Source: an uncultured delta proteobacterium (GTDB lineage: Bacteria; Myxococcota_A; Polyangia; Polyangiales; Houyiibacteriaceae). Taken from it: DNA of 64,000 nt. Numbering within the stretch: position 1 is the stretch's first letter; each line of letters begins with the position of its first letter. Position numbers and translations under genes: made by a program. The notes beneath the pieces are model-generated. The model searched no databases and had not been told where the DNA came from. It was given only the letters and a program-made list of their open reading frames with translations. Shown here in pieces: positions 60,309 through 64,000 of the stretch. The stretch is from the NCBI GenBank assembly GCA_963699755.1, contig CAVOVB010000007.1:128001-192000 (forward strand), written 5' to 3'.

Positions 60309-61409
60309 ATGGGTCCACTCGACGGAATACGAATCATTGAAATCGAAGGCATCGGTCCTTGCCCTTTCGCAGGGATGCTCTTGTCGGATTTGGGCGCCGA
60401 GGTGATTCGTGTCGGCCGGCCCGAACCATCCTTCTTGCAGGCGAATTTCGACGTGATGAGCCGGGGCAAGAAGAGCATCACACTCGATCTCAAAAACCCG
60501 CAGCACAAGGCCGCGCTTCTGAAGCTCGTCGGTACGGCGGATGCGCTTATCGAAGGTTTTCGACCCGGTGTCATGGAGCGCCTCGGCATTGGTCCTGAGA
60601 TTTGCCTCGAAGCCAATCCGCGACTCGTTTTCGGGCGGATGACCGGCTGGGGGCAGGAGGGCCCCTGGGCGCAACGCGCGGGCCACGACATCAACTACAT
60701 CTCGTTAGCAGGCGCCCTGCACGCCATCGGCCGCAAAGGGGAGCGCCCCACCATTCCCTTGAACCTGGTCGGTGACTTCGGCGGCGGCGGCTTGTTACTG
60801 GCCTTCGGCGTCCTCGCTGCGCTGCTGGAAACGAAGAAGTCAGGCAAGGGTCAGGTCGTCGACGCTGCGATGGTCGATGGCGTCGCCGCCCTGATGGCGA
60901 GCATCTACGCTGGGATGCAGCAGGGTTTCTGGTCCGACAAGCGCGGCGAGAACCTGCTCGATTCTGGCGCCGCCTTCTACGATGTCTACGAGACCAGCGA
61001 TGGCAAGTACGTGTCGATTGGCTCGCTGGAGCCGCAGTTCTACAAGGAGCTGATCGAGAAGCTTGGCATCGCCGACAGCGCGCCAGCGGTGGGCGAGCAC
61101 TTGAACCCCGCGAAGTGGAACGCGCTCCGGCCTGCTCTCGAAGAGCTCTTCCGCACAAAGACGCGCGACGAATGGTGCGAGGTCTTCGAAGGCAGCGACG
61201 CTTGCTTCGCGCCCGTGCTCGCAGCGGCCGAGGCGTTCGAGCACGCGCACCATGTTGCGCGACGTTCCTTCGTCGAAGTCGATGGCATCAAGCACGCCGT
61301 CGCGGCCCCTCGCTTCTCGAGGACGAAGCCCTCCGACCCAACGCCTGCACGGGAACGCGGAGCGGACACCGAAGCGATTTTGCTTCAGTGTGGAGTGACA
61401 CTCGAGTAG
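60309..61409 (+). CDS. CaiB/BaiF CoA-transferase family, alpha-methylacyl-CoA racemase-like
   Basis: GIGPCPF, EGFRPGVMERLG.GP, AGHDINY, NLVGDFGGGG and DAAMVDG motifs. Confidence 0.92.
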   Translation: MGPLDGIRIIEIEGIGPCPFAGMLLSDLGAEVIRVGRPEPSFLQANFDVMSRGKKSITLDLKNPQHKAALLKLVGTADALIEGFRPGVMERLGIGPEICLEANPRLVFGRMTGWGQEGPWAQRAGHDINYISLAGALHAIGRKGERPTIPLNLVGDFGGGGLLLAFGVLAALLETKKSGKGQVVDAAMVDGVAALMASIYAGMQQGFWSDKRGENLLDSGAAFYDVYETSDGKYVSIGSLEPQFYKELIEKLGIADSAPAVGEHLNPAKWNALRPALEELFRTKTRDEWCEVFEGSDACFAPVLAAAEAFEHAHHVARRSFVEVDGIKHAVAAPRFSRTKPSDPTPARERGADTEAILLQCGVTLE

Positions 61410-61422
61410 CCAGGAAGCGCAT

Positions 61423-62553
61423 ATGATTACCGATTTCGATGACTACTTGATCCATCAGGCTGCGCTCCCCATCAACCAACCGGGCATCGTCAACCGGAAC
61501 GCCTATGATCGCTATTGGTTCAATGGCCTCGACAAGGCTGGCACCTTTCTGTTCGAGGCTGGCTTCGGCCGGTACCCGAACCGCTTCGTTCAGGATGCGC
61601 ATTTCAGCGTGGCCTTCGACGGCGTGCAGCATTCGTTTCATGCATCACGGCGGATCGCCGACAACCCCATGGACTCGAGCGCGGGACCACTGCGGGTCGA
61701 GGTCCTGCAGCCCATGCGAAAGATCCGACTGCTGATCGAGCCCAATGAGACCGAAGTCGAGTGCGACCTGACCTTCCACGCAAAGGCGCCCCCGGTTCAA
61801 GAGCCGAAGAACATCATGTACGATGGGAACAGGCTCATCATGGACACGCAGCGATTCACCCAGGTGGGGACTTGGGAGGGTTATTTCTCGGTCAAGGGCC
61901 GACGTTTCGAGGTGAAGCGGACAGAGGTCATCGGGCTTCGAGACAAGTCCTGGGGCATGCGCCCCGTCGGCGAGCACGAAGAGGGCGCGCCAAGCAGGCT
62001 TACCAGCGACCCTGCCGTGTATTGGATCTGGTCGCCCATCCATTTCGACGGCTTCTGCACGCACTTCCTGACGCGGGAGATGCCAGACGGACACCCTCAA
62101 GAGCTCTCGGCGTCGATCGTCAAGACCTACGGCGACGACGAAGAGGTGCCGAGAGAGCTGGTCGAAGCCGAGGAAGAGGTCATGGCCTCCGCGACCAACT
62201 CGATCGAATGGCGAAGCGGAACCCGGTGGCCAAAAAGCGCGACGCTCGGTTTCGCGAAGCGCGACGGGACGAAGCTCGAAATCGAGCTCGAGCCGATCTT
62301 CCGATTCCAGATGATGGGCATCGGCTACCAGCACCCAGAATGGGGCCATGCGGTCTGGCGCGACGAGCTCGAGATCGGTTATGAGAGTTGGAGGCTGGAT
62401 GAAGTGGAGCCCGACGAATACTGCTCCATTCACGTGCACAACGTCGTGCGTGCGAGGATGGGCGACGAAAGCGGCATAGGCATCCTCGAAACCCTGGTGT
62501 TCGGTCGACACGAGCCAAGCGGCTTCCAGGACTTGTTCGACGGAGCTCCTTAG
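61423..62553 (+). CDS. Conserved hypothetical beta-rich protein of lipid-catabolic clusters
   Basis: DDY.IHQ, YDRY.FN, RDKSWG.RP and GYQHPEWGH motifs; same-strand run with APH and racemase genes. Confidence 0.75.
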   Translation: MITDFDDYLIHQAALPINQPGIVNRNAYDRYWFNGLDKAGTFLFEAGFGRYPNRFVQDAHFSVAFDGVQHSFHASRRIADNPMDSSAGPLRVEVLQPMRKIRLLIEPNETEVECDLTFHAKAPPVQEPKNIMYDGNRLIMDTQRFTQVGTWEGYFSVKGRRFEVKRTEVIGLRDKSWGMRPVGEHEEGAPSRLTSDPAVYWIWSPIHFDGFCTHFLTREMPDGHPQELSASIVKTYGDDEEVPRELVEAEEEVMASATNSIEWRSGTRWPKSATLGFAKRDGTKLEIELEPIFRFQMMGIGYQHPEWGHAVWRDELEIGYESWRLDEVEPDEYCSIHVHNVVRARMGDESGIGILETLVFGRHEPSGFQDLFDGAP

Positions 62554-63221
62554 AACGCGTAGCCGCCGCCGATCGAAATGATCGGGAAGGCATCGGGGTA
62601 GAACTCGTTTCTGAAAACGGCGATCTTGAGCGAGGTTGCGAAGAACACACCCTTGCCGACGCCCATGAGCAGTCCGCCGCCGAGGAGCAGGTTGCCGTAA
62701 TTCCTGCGACCGGAGCTGAATCCACCTTGTTTCCAGCCCGTGTTGATGAGCTCACCTTCGACCAGGAAGAAGAGCTGCTTGATGGGAAAGATGCGAACGA
62801 AGAGCGAACCGCCATAACTATGCCAGGTTCTCTCCGGGATCACGATCCGGTCGCGGGTGAACTCGTATCGAAACGAGACACCTGGCTCGACGATCCGCTT
62901 GAAGATATAGGAAACTTGCGGCGCCACGCCGATCGAAATCAAACCCGTCGCGAAGCCAAAGCCGATGCCACCACCGACCCGAAGGTGACCGAGGGGTTCC
63001 TTGGTCTCGTCGGGCATGGGTGGAGGCAGCTGAGGCGGCGGTTCACTGGACGGCACATCATCGGGCGGAGGCACAGAAGGCGTCGGCTCGGATGGCGGAG
63101 GCGGCTCGGTGATGATTTCGATCTCGGGGCTTTCCTGCGCAGCCACGTCGCCCCCACATGAGAGGGCGAGAGCAACCAGAGCGAAAGCCAGAAGCAGTCC
63201 GAGCGAAGAAAGCCTAAGCAC
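62550..63221 (-). CDS. Hypothetical outer-membrane beta-barrel protein with Pro-rich linker (start uncertain)
   Basis: Signal-like N-terminus; PPPP linker; beta strands; ends GGGYAF. Confidence 0.68.
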   Translation of the reverse strand: MLRLSSLGLLLAFALVALALSCGGDVAAQESPEIEIITEPPPPSEPTPSVPPPDDVPSSEPPPQLPPPMPDETKEPLGHLRVGGGIGFGFATGLISIGVAPQVSYIFKRIVEPGVSFRYEFTRDRIVIPERTWHSYGGSLFVRIFPIKQLFFLVEGELINTGWKQGGFSSGRRNYGNLLLGGGLLMGVGKGVFFATSLKIAVFRNEFYPDAFPIISIGGGYAF

Positions 63222-63311
63222 TCCTTCATCATAGCAGAAAGGCTTCTCGGAGATCATTGAACCCGTCGGCGATAGCTCGACAGAGGCAGCTGGCCCAGTA
63301 CAGTTCGAGCA

Positions 63312-64000
63312 ATGCTCGCCGTCGTCACGGGTGCCTATGGCTTCGTCGGCGCCAACCTCGTCCGTGCGCTTCTTCATCGAGGCGATGACGTTCGAGTCGC
63401 CGACAAGATTCAGGCCGAGTCGCTTGCAGGCCTCGACGTCGAGCATGTGTTCATCGACGTCCTTGAACCCGAATCCCTAGAAAAGGCCTTCGCGGGCGCG
63501 GACACGGTGTTCCATCTGGCAGCCATCATTTCGATCACCGGTGACCCAACGGGGATCGTCCACCGAGTCAACGTGGAAGGTCCGCGAAACGCCTCCCGCG
63601 CTGCGATGGCGTGCGGAGTATCGCGCTTCATCCACTGTAGCTCCGTCCACGCCTTCGACATCCAACGATGCGGACCCGAGCTCACCGAGGCTGCGCCGAG
63701 AGCTATCGGCGCTCACGTTCCTCTCTATGACCGGTCGAAGAACGAAGGAGAGAACGAGGTTCGCGCCGCAATCGCGGATGGTCTTGATGCCGTCATCGTG
63801 AATCCGACCGCAATCATCGGACCTCACGACTTCGGCCCCTCGCGAATGGGTGAGTTACTGCTCCAGTTTCGCGATCGAAAGATCCCCGTGAACATTGGCG
63901 GGGCGTTCGACTTCGTCGATGTGCGTGATCTCGTGGAAGGGATGCTTGCCGCCGAGCGCTTGGGCACGACGGGCGAGAACTACCTGATGTCCGGCCACCG
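63312..64000 (+). CDS. NAD-dependent epimerase/dehydratase (DFR/HpnA-like), runs off the window end
   Basis: Own translation: MLAVVTGAYGFVGANLV...VFHLAA...CSSVHA...YDRSK...VNPT..IGP.D. Confidence 0.88.
   Translation, partial: MLAVVTGAYGFVGANLVRALLHRGDDVRVADKIQAESLAGLDVEHVFIDVLEPESLEKAFAGADTVFHLAAIISITGDPTGIVHRVNVEGPRNASRAAMACGVSRFIHCSSVHAFDIQRCGPELTEAAPRAIGAHVPLYDRSKNEGENEVRAAIADGLDAVIVNPTAIIGPHDFGPSRMGELLLQFRDRKIPVNIGGAFDFVDVRDLVEGMLAAERLGTTGENYLMSGH

Overview
GC-rich (roughly 63%, estimated by eye) bacterial chromosomal segment with about 62 densely packed CDSs. Cys-rich and EGF lipoproteins, a DUF1588-type/DUF1501 pair and a CarH-type regulator suggest a Myxococcota (Polyangiales-like) organism; this is an inference. 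No rRNA, tRNA, CRISPR array or transposase was seen. Main blocks: (1) fabH, an SDR, a CDP-alcohol transferase and an frmA + glyoxalase-II-like formaldehyde module; (2) a metal-resistance region (acr3, arsC-like, copA, a Cys/His-rich leader ORF with an SD-occluding stem, cusC/B/A with a 1-nt frameshift in cusA, DUF3347); (3) lipid/steroid catabolism (LaoAB-like GMC pair, 3beta-HSD, ketosteroid-dehydrogenase-like flavoprotein, internally deleted GH31); (4) Cys-rich surface proteins, a Zn-peptidase/ATP-grasp pair and a putative heme/Tat trio; (5) a CarH-like B12 photoreceptor unit divergent from an operon of two KshA/Neverland-like Rieske oxygenases, hsaA, a hemerythrin-like protein and a ferredoxin, preceded by two perfect tandem matches to the actinobacterial KstR operator; (6) a second GMC pair, a PGM1-like ligase + M14 deacylase pair, a patatin lipase and a persulfide/sulfur-transport cluster; (7) acyl-CoA catabolic genes. 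The best candidates for new biology are the KstR-box Rieske/HsaA/hemerythrin/ferredoxin operon and the leader-peptide/stem switch ahead of the Cus efflux genes. All family calls come from reading motifs; no database searches were run.
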